In this document: positions 38,881 to 52,914 of the stretch, in pieces
Numbering within the stretch: the stretch's first letter is position 1
Layout: the number at the start of each line of letters is the position of its first letter
Source: Euprymna scolopes
Taxonomy: Eukaryota
NCBI GenBank assembly: GCA_053919585.1
Contig: CM132801.1
DNA length: 64,000 nucleotides
Reading direction: 5' to 3' (one strand)
Position numbers and translations under genes: made by a program
Notes under the pieces: model-generated
Told to the model about the DNA's origin: nothing
Databases searched by the model: none
What the model saw: only the letters and a program-made list of their open reading frames with translations

Positions 38881-40135
38881 AATAAAGTACAATGGCTATG
38901 GTAGGCAGTTGAAAGTCAATAGTAGATAATTATGTTAATTTTTTTTTTTCTTTGTAAATCAATTCACTATCATATCATAATGGTATTATAAACTCTTAAT
39001 CCCACAGATTTCAATGAATTGATTTGTATAGATTTAACAAGAAATTGACTGCTCAACAAATAAACTTAAGTCTTTGAAATTTGCAGTTTAAATAATACTT
39101 GATTTGAAATATCACAAAGTGATATTTCCAGCTTTCATATTATTTAAGCTGCAAATTAATATTAAAAAGCAACGAACCATTAGTGGTGTACACTGATGGT
39201 TAATGCATACTTTGGTTAATTTTGATGTTAATATTTTAATTCATGATATGACATAATCATGTAGAACATGACAAGAACTTTCTTATAAACCATTGCATTT
39301 AAATTTCTTGGAAAGAATAATTAGTTAATTTGGGGGGAGGTACTTGTCTGGTTTGATATTTTTATCTTCATCTAAATTGGTCTCTTATGTATGAATAAAA
39401 GTTTGGAAGTATGAAACCATTCATGTGCAATAATTCCTGCTTATTCATTGACATTGCAATTAACATTAGAGATAATTAACCGTTTTTAGATCAATATTCT
39501 GGTCACTATACTTATACACTTGTGTAGTGCTTATTTTATATCATAATTAATGCAATTTACTGCCATTAATTAAATATTAAATACACCAAAGCTTTAAAGT
39601 ATTCATCCATTTTAAATTAGTGTTAATGTAATCCTCTTTTGTAAAGTCTTATTTGCTTCACACAACTTGAAAGATAATTTGTGTAAAAGACAAAAAATAT
39701 ATGTATTATTTAGCAAATGACCATTTTCAGCTTGGTTGTGCATTTTTTCAAGCTTGGCCATTTTTATGTTGAATTTTGAAAAAATTCAATTTTGACAGAA
39801 TTCCCCAAATTTGAAACTAAACACCTGAAAAAAGTCGAAAGTTACCTTTGCTGAAATACTAAGAATCTAACAACCTAGACGAGAAATAGTCGGAATAATC
39901 CAAATAATCCAAATTCTTGTCTCAAACATCCTGAAATGCAAAATAAATAAACTATCAAGTGGTGATAGTTGTTCTATGTTTGGCTTATCAAAAAATGGTG
40001 ATGGTACTGCTGATGCTGCTGCTGGTGGTGATGATGATGATGATGGGTTTCAATGTTTAGAATTGACTAATCCAGGGTTTTGAACATGACGGCTTTCATT
40101 AATGCCTTGCTTGATTTTTTTTTACTTGATTCTAG

Positions 40136-40280
40136 ATAGATGCCGCTTCTCCCAGTCCCAGCCCAAAACAAAAGAAACAGCACCCGCACCCAGAGCTGAA
40201 GCGGACAAAGTCGCAGGCGGCTACCCGCAAAATTCAGAAGGCTCAAAGCAACGCATCATTGGAGGATAATAATGGAGGAG
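40136..40280 (+). CDS. STXBP5: Tomosyn alternative exon C (145 nt phase 0->1, or 141 nt from 40140 phase 1->1): IDAASPSPSPKQKKQHPHPELKRTKSQAATRKIQKAQSNASLEDNNGG
   Basis: Tandem acceptors tttacttgattctag|atag|AT and donor GAG|gtgcta bound a GC-rich open frame. LKRTKSQ..RKIQKAQS recalls invertebrate tomosyn loop sequence. Confidence 0.72.
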
Positions 40281-40928
40281 GTGCTACTGCTACTACTACT
40301 CCTAACACCTTAATAATATTATGACTATTACTATTGTTATTACTTTTATTCTAGTACCACTGCTAATGGCTGCTGTTTTAATATTTCTTTATGAACCTAC
40401 CATTTCTTTTTCAGTAGGGAAACCTTTTCTTCTTTTTTTTTTGGGGGGGGGAGGTGGGGGATAATCTCATAGTTTGTTTTGTTTTGTTTTGTTTTTTTAA
40501 TTTGAGCCAGAGTTATTCATAAAGAATGTACGAAAGTTGTTTTCTGGAACTGATTGGTAAAATTGAGAATTGCTAACATGTAGGAATTATTATCTTCTAG
40601 ATATCAGTATTTAGTTTGACATTTTTTTTTGTTCAATGATAGAATAGTGACACATTCAAAAAATACTGTTTGTCTTTTGTTTAGGAACACAATATAATTG
40701 ACTTAATGTTTTTTAATTCTAGTCAGAAATGCTTTTCTAGTAGACAGTTAAATGAGAGAAGAATCACTTTATAATTTAACACAACCTAAAATGAATAACT
40801 GTGATAAACATTTATACCTCTAATTTACATTTAAAAAAAATGGTAATTAATTTAAGATCATGTAAAATTCAAAAGTGATTCTGATGCCTTTAAAATGTTG
40901 ACTAATTTTTTGTTGGTTTGAAAGTTTT

Positions 40929-40961
<33 letters not shown>

Positions 40962-43622
40962 AAAAAAAAGTAATTTTTAATCAAGTAACTATTGTATCAT
41001 TGAACATATTTTATTTATTTGTTAAATTTAAATTTCTAGTTGGTCCTTAAATGTACATACCCTACAACATGCATGTTTCAGTTGACCCCCCTCATTATTT
41101 TACAATTTAATACCAAGTTATTATAAAGACGTTTTGTTTGTTGTTTTTCCCAAATTTGAGCAGTTTTAAATGTCTTGGCATTTTATCTGAAAGTAAGCAT
41201 GATATGTTTGTCTTTTAAAAGATGTCATTTTTTTTTGTATTGAACCCAGTTAATAAACGCAATACAGATTATCAATTCATTATCTCCAAGAAAAAAAAAT
41301 GCTTTTTTTATCAATTTAAATACTAGCAGCTACATGAGCAAGAACTGAAATTTCAGATAAAGTGGACTCGTTAATATGTGGAATTAGTAACTAAACATGA
41401 AAGCTGGCTATTAATTTCATGGACTAAGGGGACAACCGATATTTCAGTCATGTAGTCAACCTTAATCTGTAGTAGCTCCATTACATGATTGAAATATTGG
41501 TTGGTTTTAGAGATGTCTATGTAGCTTTTTAACTAGTCAGTTCTCGTGTTTATCAACTAATTCCATATATATATATATATATTTCGTTGAAAACGATGAA
41601 TATTATATTTTAGTATTTTACTTACTAACATTGAGGTATGAATCCACAATTTTACTGTTATGGGCAAAATAGCAACTTGTGTTCATTGAAACATACCATA
41701 ACTTGTATGCAATAGGTGGATTATCTTTCATCATTAAATAACACAAAAGGAATTAATATGCTGTAAGTGAACTTGTATGATCTTTGGAACTTTTACATGC
41801 TCACCGCAATGATAAAATCATAAAAGGATGCTGCTGATTTTTTTTTAATTTTCACTTTATCGTACCTAAGTGTTTTGATATCCTATGACCAAAAGCTTCA
41901 CAATTGCTAATTTTCTTGCTCTCAATCAAATGACCATGATGCTAGAGATGTTCAGTCTTTTTTCAAACAAGCGAATCGTCTGCTTTATATATGGCTAAAA
42001 CTTATAATCCTTCAGTTCACAGTTTGAATCAGCTGCATTGCATCTTGATTTTTTTTCGGCTTTTATGTACAGCACATTCTTTGTCATTTACTTTGGAGAT
42101 GGGGAGGAGGGGGGAGATTGGCTTTGTCCATTACATTATATTTATATGCATAGACAATATTAATGTTTGCAATAATTTTGTCCTTGTTAGGAAGTAAAAC
42201 ATAAAATAGATATAGTTATAAGATTTCCTGTTGAGAACATATTAACTTTATTGATGATGGCTATAATGTTAACATGAATGTGTTTGAAAAGAGTTTTTAT
42301 TTTTTGCCAAAAATCTTGGATTTTGTCAGCATTCAAAATGCTGGCAAAATGACACTCAAAATAAACTTTGTCGTTTTCAACAAAATGTATATAAAAGAAA
42401 ACTTCATGTCCAAACATGCCTTGAAATATGAATATAGATTTAGAACTAGATTTTTTGAATTCTTATTTTGCCAATCAGGATCCAAAGAACAAATCATATC
42501 AATTCTATACAAGTTGTTTTTTTTTTTTGTTTTTTTTTTTTCTTACCAGTGGTTCGTGTCAGGTTATAGCAACACTCTTTATGACATATCAACAACAGCA
42601 AATTCATCAATTATTCAAGGAAGTGATTTTTAAAAGAAGTGGAATTTTTTACTCAAATATAATTTTTTTTTTTTTTTTTTCAATTTTCAGTTTTTGTTTT
42701 GTTGATGTCTTTAAATCTTGTTCAGATTTCCATTTTCGTTCAGCATCAGTTTGTAAAACAAGATAAATAGCTTCACCATCCACTGAATCATGCATCAAAA
42801 TTGTTTCAGCTACAAATGTGTTAGACACCTTACATTTAATCTTGTCCTTTACTGTCGATCAATAAGAAACATGATAGAAGACTGTATCCTCAGTACAATC
42901 CATCATGATAACTTCTATTCCATCCTTTATGTTGGCATAATTACATTTTCATGACAAGTTAGAATGTCCACTTCAATGTTTCTGGAATGTTGCAGTTGAG
43001 ACTTATGATAAAATCACAGTGTCCTGAAGCTCATCAAAAGTGCAGATGCAGACATTTGTGTGCCAATCTTGGGAAGTATGAGAGTTTTAACAGATGCACT
43101 ATCTCGTCAGCCAACAACTGATTGAAGCCATTTTTTATGCTTCAGTTATTCAGTGGTGTTATTCTTCAAGGCATTTCAAACAGATTGCCTCCCTTTATGT
43201 ATTTTGGCACACGATTTATGAAATAGACGCAGTAAAAACAATAAAAGTCATGCATAATGTAACATCCGAGCCAAGATTAAAATCTATCTGTTCTGATGCT
43301 ATACTTCAATTTTTTGTTCTCAGTTAGTGGAGGAGAAATCCTTCACGACTGAGACCATTTTTAATTTTTGCTCCTTTCTCCATATTAGAAAAAAACGACC
43401 TTGGTGTCTAACTCTGCCCTCGTGGGGAGGCAAAGGAAATAGGAACTAGTGATATGAAAACGCTTTTCAACTACAACCAATCTTATCAAGAGAAATAACT
43501 CATTTTTAATTTAAGAGTATAAAAGGACTAATCTCCCTTTTAATTAATTTTTTTTTCTGTATGTTTAAAAACAGTATACAAACAAGTAGAAATTAAAGAA
43601 GTAACCAAACAATGTCTTGTAA

Positions 43623-43849
43623 TAGCGGGGCAGATTGTTTCAGCAATCTTGAACTTGGTGATACAAAATTTAAATTTGTCAGGTTTGCATCTGCAGCCAT
43701 CTTGAAAACTGGCAGCCATCTTGAATTTTCTGATGGCTAACGTTCTTTTTTTTTTAAATGTATGTTCTGAACGTCATTTGTGCCAATTTTGGTGCTTGTA
43801 TCACTGAGTGAAAGATTCTTATGGAATATTGAGATAACCTGCCTCACTA
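43623..43849. mobile_element. Short MITE
   Basis: TIRs are tagcggggcag and ctgcctcacta, with an internal tandem gcagccatcttgaa. Confidence 0.5.
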
Positions 43850-44519
43850 TAGATACATTTAGTATATTGCAAACTAAAAACCTTTTGAGGGTATTTTGGT
43901 AAAATCTTTAATTGGGTTAAAAACAACCTCTTTACTAATCACTTCCTTGAATCACTTTGATATTCTATATAATATTTGGTACTACATATTATAAATGCTA
44001 TAATATTTAGTATAAGATATTTACATTAGTCATTGATGAGTGTTAGCATCACCACCAGTCTGTATGAATCAGTGTAAAGGAGTGAAGCTTATTCATGATT
44101 ATCTTCTGGTAAAATTCAACTTGGCACACTTTATTTCTTTATATATGAAACTTCTCTCCAAATATATTTGCAATGTCTCCAACTTGGCAGATTAAAAAAT
44201 ATAGAAAACAATTAATTTAAGTCATTATCCATAATCAGTGAAATATGAATTTAATTTTACTGTAAAAATGAAAGTGACTCTGTTTAGCGATTTGTCTCCT
44301 TGTATTTTTTAACTTTCATTGGTGAAGTAATGTTTAAATTTAAGTGAAATTAAATGGTATATACATATATAGGCTTTGACAATACTGTTTGGTACTAAAA
44401 CACTGCTGGATATGAAACAAGGTAAAGAAATTAAATGACATTATTGGAAGATTTTAATAATTTTAAATTATTAATTGGCTCCTGACAAAAAACACACCTG
44501 AACTGACTCATTTTTTTTT

Positions 44520-44785
44520 TCTTTCTGAAGATGAAGTCTACCTAGAAAATTCCAAGAACATAACCCACCAATACTATCCTGGTTCAACACATTACGTTGG
44601 TAAATAAATAATTAATGTAATGGCCTTCAAATCTAATGTAAACAAGTTCTTGTTGAGCCGTTCCCATAAATAATCAAATTCTACCCAATTTACACCATTA
44701 ACGTTTATTATACTACCACTTTACATTTATTAACCCTTATCCTCGAGTGGCCCTCGGCCTTGATAAGTGGTTATTCCCTAGTAAA
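44520..44785 (+). mobile_element. LINE 3' end/UTR remnant (also ~49800-50250 minus and ~61170-61500 plus)
   Basis: All three loci share the terminal motif taaccctta(t/c)c(c)tcgagtggc...ccttg. Confidence 0.5.
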
Positions 44786-44939
44786 AAATTGTTTTGAAAA
44801 TTATTGAAAATTTTCAATATTGCTATTTATTCAGTTGACCTTATCTTATATCCAATAATGTTTTTCTACCAAGCTGCATTGTTATAGCCTTCAAACATGA
44901 TTGCTTACACACTATGTGCACAATGCTTCAAACAAATCA

Positions 44940-45270
44940 CAACATCGTCCTTGTATATATGTCCATTGATGTCATTAATAGAAACAAAAGGCTACATTGG
45001 TATGGACACATGGAATGCTTAAGTGGTGCCATCAAGATAGCTCAAGATTTGGAAATCTCCAGTTGGCTGAGAAGCTGTCCTAAATTGTCTTTGAAAGAAC
45101 TGCTGAGAGAAATCACATGGTGTGCAAACTCTCTGAAGTTGATCCTCATGATCGTTTTTTTTTTTTTTATTAACATGTGGAGATGTGGAGTGAAATTTGC
45201 CATGTAAGCAGACACCCAGCTACCTGGACGGGGACCCATCAGTGTGGATGATTCCCCTCAAACAGCACGT
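44940..45270 (+). mobile_element. RTE-like LINE 3' fragment
   Basis: RNKRLHWYGHME...RSCPKLSLKE resembles RLRWYGHVxR...RGRPKxTW. Confidence 0.6.
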
Positions 45271-45769
45271 TAATAATAAAATAAAAAAAGAACTGATGAT
45301 TATAATGTAAAAAATCAAATTTTCAGAATCTGAACATATCTGATCCAAGATTGCAGACCTTGCACGAGCAAACATCTTTTTCATTTAAATTGTAACATTA
45401 CTCATCTGTTAAATGCTACTTACAAGAACATTGGGAGGCAAATTAATTAAAAAAGAAAGGAAAAAAAATGAATCCACTTTCATTAACTATTTTTAAATTT
45501 AGATTAATAGCAAAAGTCTGTATCCATCTCAGACTGTTTAAAAAGGCACACTATTGGAAAACTTCTATTTTACTTCATAAAAAAATTACATAAAAATAAT
45601 AAAAAAGTTGTAAATATGAATGTTGAACATTTTGATCCGTCAGATTTTTTTTTTTTTTTTTCCAGTTGGGCTTTAATGTTTCTTTTTCGGCTCTGTTAAA
45701 ATTAGCTATATTTAGAGTTTGTTGTTTAAAAACATTCTTACAGAGCCGTTCAATCATTCCCTAAAGGAG

Positions 45770-46092
45770 AAATGCTTCCCATCACCTTGTAAAACCTCTA
45801 CAATCTGATCAGTTTAAAAATGCTGGCAATTGGTTTTCTGTTTCTCAGTACAGACCAATCAGTCTCATGTGCATCATGAGTAAGTTGTTGGATCTGTAAT
45901 ACATCAAGAAGTTCTCAACCACATTAGCAAGAACAATCTATTCTATAACAAGCAATATGGATTTTGTTCTGCACTTTATATGCTAATTGTAATATTACAC
46001 AGGATCAGATGATCTATTGATAGGGACTTCATTTCTAGAGTAATAGCTTTTGACATATCAAAGACCTTTGATAGTGTTTGGCACAAAGCTTG

Positions 46093-46125
<33 letters not shown>

Positions 46126-46830
46126 CTGAAAATGTTTTCTCAACCATCAAATCCTTTCTTTCTGATACTTTTGTAAATGTGGTCATAATTGAGCTAAAGT
46201 CTAAAGCACATAGTATTTTATGCTGGTGTGTCATAAGGATTCATTCTAGCTTCAACCCTCTTCTTGGTCATCATAAGTGATCTCTAAAATCAGATTTAAC
46301 ATTTATGCAGGTGACACAACCATCTATGGCAACACTGAAGAGCATTAACGATCAAGATTTTTCTGATTTTCTCTCTTCTGACCTAGAACATGTAGTGCAA
46401 TGAGGAAAAGATGCTGGTTGCTTTTAATGTATCTAAAATGAAGCTTCTCTCTTTTCACCAATAATGCTTGAATCCCCAATTAAAATAAATGGCCCGCTCC
46501 TTGAGGAAGCTATCTGCTTTTATAAGCTTCAGGAACTGTTCTTTGCTCAAGACCTAAAATGAAAGACTTGCATCAAATGTGTTGCTAAGGTTACTGGAAA
46601 AACAGTTGGATCTTTCTAGTGCTCCAAAAAGTATCTCACTCCTGACGTAATCCTTGACCTGTATAAGAGTTGGATACATTCTAAGATGGAGCACCATTTC
46701 CATATCTGGGGTGGTGCCTCTCCAAGAACCATTTTCTGCTTTGACACAGTACAAAGCTGATTTTGAAATCTAATGGGGATGTCCTCTCCTCTTCTCTTCT
46801 CTGCTGCGTTTTTCTCACAGAAGAGAGGTT
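45770..46830 (+). mobile_element. CR1/Jockey-like LINE RT remnant interrupted by (TA)n
   Basis: RT motifs appear in order: RPISLMCIMSK, QYGF, DISKTFDSVWH, GVS*GFILASTLFL, IYAGDTT. Confidence 0.8.
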
Positions 46831-47267
46831 GTTAGTCTTTCTCTTAAACAGTGCTTCTCCTATTGTACTAAGTAGTACCAGATCATCAGGATCAATCCCT
46901 AATGTTTTGGATGTCTCATCAAACTCTCATAAAATAATGAAGAAGAGGAATGTTAAAGCATTTTCATTTAAGTTTAATTAATTTCACATTTAAACAGAGA
47001 AATAAAAAAATTACCAAAATTGACTTAAGCACAAAAGTGTTGATTGTTCAATCCCATTTATAAATATCAAGATTTTTGCAACACCTCAATTATTTTTATA
47101 TTTCAACAAAAGATTACAAATTATTTTTCACAATTACTTTGGTAGGTTTATTGAATAATCTGACTTGTAAGAGGAGACATGCAGCATTTATTTGGAAAAA
47201 GTGTGCCATCACATTATCTGAAATCTTAGAACACCTCATTGGGGTATAAAAATAAGTATAAAGTTTT

Positions 47268-47270
<3 letters not shown>

Positions 47271-47310
<40 letters not shown>
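47271..47310. repeat. (TA)20 microsatellite
   Basis: Read directly. Confidence 0.95.
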
Positions 47311-47312
<2 letters not shown>

Positions 47313-49272
47313 GCCGGGTAAGATTTGTCTTTTTTATTTGTTTTTCAAATGTAATGCTTATGCACACTGAAGTTTATTGCATAAAATGTTTAATACTTTG
47401 CTTTTTTTTCAGATTGTGTACATTTTGTTCCTGTTACTAAATAATATTCTCCCAGTGTAATCTTAACAAATATCTTCAAATAATCGGTTGTCAGTGCTTG
47501 TTGCAAGATCAAACATTACTTACTTTTCTTTGAATAGCTGATTTTTCCTGATTTTTTTTTTTTCTTTTCTGGTTAGATATTCTCTAGTTCTTCTGTTTGG
47601 CAGTGGGTGTGGCCATCTTTAGCCACTACCTGCTAGCTTTGGTACTTCTATATTCTCCATTCTCTCTCTAGTATTTCTTTTATCCCAACCCCAGTGCGTA
47701 TGCATGTGTGTATATTTGCAGGGGTCACTTTATTAGTTCAGATTTAATGTTGGAGGAGGAAGGATTAACCCTCGACCCTCCTATCATTCAGAAGCTTCCA
47801 TCATCCTGCTGATCTGTTTCTTGATTCCATTTTACCTTTTAGCCATTTCTTTCAAAAGAAAATCTGCCTTGTTTTGTTTGCCTTGTTGACTTGTTGTAGT
47901 TCCTGTTGCCCTCTTATGAAGCATGGCTTATCTCCTTTTGTTTGAGATTATATTTAAGAAAAAGAAAACTCAAAAAAAAGTTGAACAGAATGTTTATCAG
48001 AATTTTAATGAACAGCTTTTTTTGTGATGGAATTGAATGTCAAGTCCTAAAAGTTTAGAATGCATATTTTGATAGAGTTACTAATATTGTTGATGTCTTG
48101 GAAATAATGTAGCTGAATCAATTGTATTTTACAATAACTCTTTATATGCCATCAAAAGTTCTTCAACATTTATATTTAGGAAAATATGTCCGTTTAATCT
48201 TCCACCTGTGGCCTGACAAGGCTGAGTTCTATCCAAATGTTTGTTTTTGTTTGGCTTTGTTCAGTTAGGTTGAGATTTGACCATAAAGAATGTTTTACCC
48301 CCAAACTGGTAACACATATTAAATACAACATCTGCAATATATGTATCCTTTCTGTTAGCTTTTTATGACTTTGAATGTAGCAGTTAGATCTCATTCTTTA
48401 TTGGTAAACTTGAGGTTCATAATTAAGCAGAAACATCTCAAAATAGAAAACCGTACACATGTAGCACAAACTTAATCTGTGTGAACTGTGCATGATGAAA
48501 AGTAGAATCCAGAAACCGTTGCTCTAGAGATGCTTGTTGGAAACTGTGTCTGGAGGAAGAGGGGGGCGAATAGGAGTTGGCCACCAAAGAATTAGGTCTT
48601 ATATATTTCACGTTGGATTTTGAATATAGAAATTTTAGTCTTTCATTGTTTTAACTTGTATTTTGTCATTTTGCAATGGTTGCTTGATCATTGATGTGCA
48701 GATATTTAGCAAACACTTTATTCAGTCACCCATGATTATGGATTTTTTTGTTTTTAAGAACTGCTTAAATTGTATTAAGGATTATAAGTATTGAGTTTAG
48801 TCGTATCAGAATAAAATTTGTTGCCTATATAAAAATAAAGGCCGTCCATGTGTTATGTATAAATATATATATATAGTTAAATATGGAATGAATGTTTAAT
48901 ATATGGAATAATGGCTAAGCATGGCAACAGACTAGTAAAAATATGGACACAAGTACATCATTAAAACAGGACCAAGATATTTTAATTGATTTATGCCATC
49001 TTAATCATTTCATATAAATGAGCTGTATTGAAAATAGACAAAACTATTTTATACAGGGAAGTGAGGAAGATAAGCCAAAGATAAAACGGGGGTTGTGTGA
49101 AATGGGGAGGTAATAAGAGAAGATATAAAGTGGGGAATGAGTGGGAGCAAAGTTGATGGGGTTAAGTCTTGTGTGAGGGTGGAGTGATATGTAAGATATG
49201 TTAGGAGGAAATGAGAGAGGGAGAGTACAATTGAATTCATTATTTATAAAGATTTTAAATCATGTTCCATAT

Positions 49273-49346
49273 AAGAATATGTGGATGACTACAAATCTAC
49301 TACAAATATATATTTGTAGTAGGTTTGTAGTCATCCACATATTCTT
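49273..49346. repeat. 74-bp near-perfect palindrome
   Basis: The arms aagaatatgtggatgactacaaatctactacaaat and atttgtagtaggtttgtagtcatccacatattctt pair with a single T/G mismatch. Confidence 0.95.
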
Positions 49347-49534
49347 CAGATATGCAAGGAATTTGGGCTGAAGGTTTAAGACATCTAAAGAAGCCATGTT
49401 ACTTCTTTTTGCATATCAGACAAGTTCAACCAGTAACCAGGTTTTGGTCAGAAAAGAACTCACCCTCTAAAAGCGACAAATTATGCAACTTTTTTTATAC
49501 AGTAATAAGTCACCATCTACCAAGGTCAAAGGTC

Positions 49535-49690
49535 CTGGATATGACCTAAAACTATATCCGATGGTGAGGCCCCACCTTGTGGGCCTTGGGGAGTGCGGAG
49601 CCACCCTTTAATTGCCATTGCTCCTAGGTCCACTCTGACCCGGAGTGGTAGTACCTGTTAGGGTCCCAACTATGGGTTGAATAAAATCCG
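49535..49690 (+). mobile_element. SINE-like interspersed repeat (related copies ~27820-27950, ~59640-59740)
   Basis: Shares (g/a)tccactc(t/a)ga...gtac(c/t)tgttagg...tatgggtt(g/a)aata with the 27.9-kb copy. Confidence 0.5.
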
Positions 49691-52119
49691 ACTTAAAAAA
49701 AAAATACACTCCATTAAAAATCGTTCCTCAAAATAACTAGATTCGGCATTAAATATTCATATAACCTGAAAAAGGTTGATATGCCTAAAACAACCAACCA
49801 ACCAACCAAGGTCAAAAGCCACTCGAGGATAAAGGTTAATGATTATCAGTTGGATGATGAACAATTTTATAAAAGAATTGAAAATGATGAAAGGAATGAA
49901 CAAAATTCGATTACTTTGATAGTTTGACAAGTATTTGTTTACATTGGATTTGATGATGACCATAGTTTAGTCTGCAAGGAAACAATTCTGTGACAACATC
50001 TTCTAAAGAAAATGTGCACGGAAATTCTACTTTGTTTTGAATACAGAGGAAGAAAGGAAAGTTCTTTGCAATGATGGTAGAAAGATAAGTTCTTGCTATG
50101 AATGTTTTGCTGAAAGAAACCAGGAATTGGCGCTCTGTTGAGCACTTACTGTGAAAATAACGAGAGTAGGAAAAAAGAAAAAATTAGCAAGATTGATTTT
50201 CTGTGTGAAATCGCCTGTAGAGAAGAGATCATCTGCAAGTAGATTGTAACTAAATTATTTCTTGGTCACACGTTTTAGTCAGTCAAAACAGCAGGCTTAT
50301 AATAATTGTGTGTTACATCAGTCAATGACTATGTCACCTCTTAAAGCTGAGTGCAATATTTTATAGATGTAATTATCAAAGTTCTGTCATTGTTCATTGA
50401 TGAAAACTCAGTTTAGATTTTGTCGTGAAAGGGTTTTAAAATAAATGTTTTAAGGAACTTTTTCTAGTCATTTTGTTTGTTATCAATATTTCAAAAGATT
50501 TCATGCTTATAAATTACAAAGGAAAATTTTTGATTTATGAATTATTACAAAATTTTATTTACAATGTTCATATTAAGTTGACAGAATTTGATCCTTCAGA
50601 AGTTATGGCTCAAAAGATGACAGATCCTACATAATTCGTATTTGGTTTAGAAAAATTCAAGTTTTGAAATATTCAGAAAAACGGAAGTATGTAGCAAATT
50701 TTATAGTCAACAGTTAAGGGAAAACAAATAAGATTATCATTTTTTTTTTTTTTTTTTTGTGTGTCAGTTGTGAACAAAGTGATTCTCGTCTTTGATTTGA
50801 GAATGGGAGGATTTATCTGTGTTCTTTCTCTTTTGGCTCTTTGTTATGGCAAGGACATGTTTGGAAATAAAGGTTTTCCTTTGATTTTAGAAGTACAAAT
50901 GGATCAAAATATTTTACTTTGTTTACCTTTCAAATGTTAGAGTCAGAAATAATGTTCTATTGGACATTTAGAATCATTTAGAAAAATTTTTTTTTTTTTG
51001 TATTTAAGAAGCAAACATCATTGTACAGTTTAATCCATTATCAATTCAGTAAATTAATATACAAAATTATTACCATCTTACCACCATCATCACCAACAAC
51101 AACCACCCATGGCGCCTTTTTGATGTCCATGTGTCTAACATATGCTGATATGTTTACAAAGTCAGAAAGTAGTACATCTTGTATAAAGTTTGGAAACATT
51201 TTGTCAGGCCTATAATTGCTGAAATATGGAGCAACTCGCCTACATCGGTTGTTGGCTGCTGAGGCACTGCATCCTTTAAAACCCTTATGATATTCAGAAA
51301 TTTGAAAAAACTACACCTGATGCACACACACGCTCTTCGTGCACATGCAGACATGTGCATGTGTTTTTGATGAATTGTAGTGCTGTGCACTGTGCACAAT
51401 GATTTCATTATGTAAAAAAAAAAAAAAAATGGCTGGTGAGGTATTTATATACTGACTGCAAAATTCAAAAATAATTTTGAAGCCTTCAAACTGATGATTA
51501 GAAATTTACAAGTAATTCCTGACTTTAATTGAATTTAACATATTATGCTGCTTCATTTGTGTTCAAAAACCAAAGGGGAATGTTGATTTCCCAACATTTC
51601 CCTGCCATATCAAATATATTTTTCTTGTTGTTCTTGTTAATTTTTCTTCGTTTTAATCTTTTCTTTTTTTTTTTTCTTTTCATCTTTGCATCAGAAATAT
51701 CTCTGAAATATTTGATGCATGTGTGCTAAGTTTTGTTTGGTCTTGGCCATCTTCATTTTTCTTATTTATTTTATTTTTTTTTTCTCATTCATCAGCATGA
51801 GACCAAAGATTGCTGCTGCTTAGCAGCTCAAAACTGTCAACGGTTATCTCCCCTTTTTAGACTTTTCAGGTGTTATTCTACCCATCTTGGCATCTTCTCA
51901 AGAATGCATTTTGCCCATTTAGTGCTGTCTTGTGTATTGCATCTTTTATTGTAAGATTTGGATTCAAAGAGATGATGGTGTTGTTTTCCAAAATTCAAAC
52001 CATTTCTGCTCTTTTTGCAATTTTCTAAAATCCAAACTTAACCCATTGCATTTCCTATTCGTAAACTTTTCATTTTTTTTTTTTTTTTTTTTTTCAACTT
52101 GTTCATCTGCTTTCTGTAG

Positions 52120-52128
52120 GACACTCAA
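52120..52128 (+). CDS. STXBP5: Candidate 9-nt neural-type microexon (GACACTCAA)
   Basis: A long poly-T tract leads to ctgctttctgtag|GACACTCAA|gtaagt. The donor is perfect, UGC lies near the 3' splice site, and the exon preserves frame. Confidence 0.55.
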
Positions 52129-52666
52129 GTAAGTGAATTCTACTCCCCATTTATTAAACTTTTCCTCTTCCTTTTTCTCCTTATTGTAATTGTCGTATTT
52201 TGGTGACATTCCCTACCTTAGTTAGAATCTACATAGGATTAGAAGCTTTTGGAATTGAGAGGCTTGCACAACACTGAGCCCCATTTTTTTTTTTTTTTTT
52301 TTTTTTTCATCTCTTTATGGGATGTATTTCTAAAAAACAATCCAGATGTTAAAAATTGATCTAGTCACATGATTCTCAATGAATCTTACTTTGAGACATG
52401 ACAAATACATTTAGTGTTGTTATAAATAAAAAAAAAAATAAAAAAACTGCTGGAATGCAGACCTAGGTCACTATATTTTCGAAATAAGCTAAATCCAGGT
52501 GATTTTACATTGACTGAAATTAAATTGAGGTAACAGCATCTTAGCTGAATTTGTGTTGAGGCAATTATAACTCAACTGAAGCCAGATTAGAGTGAAAATA
52601 CTTTGATGGGAATCGGGTTGAAACGATGGTACTTGATTTAAGCCAGGACAAACTAGGATGGTGGGT

Positions 52667-52914
52667 GTGGCTCTATCTTGACTGAATCCGAACTGGTTGT
52701 GGCTCTACCTTGACTGAATCCGAACTGGTTGTGGCTCTACCTTGACTGAATCCGGACTGGTTGTGGCTCTACCTTGACTGAATCCGGACTGGTTGTGGCT
52801 CTACCTTGACTGAATCCGGACTGGTTGTGGCTCTACCTTGACTGAATCCGGACTGGTTGTGGCTCTACCTTGACTGAATCCGGACTGGTTGTGGCTCTAC
52901 CTTGACTGAATCCA
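52667..52914. repeat. 32-bp minisatellite, ~7.7 copies (gtggctctaccttgactgaatccg(a/g)actggtt)
   Basis: Read directly; degenerate units continue to ~52470 and ~53070. Confidence 0.95.

Noticed and set aside
52667-52914. CRISPR-like 32-bp repeats
   Set aside because: The units are head-to-tail with no spacers, there are no cas genes and the context is eukaryotic. It is a minisatellite.
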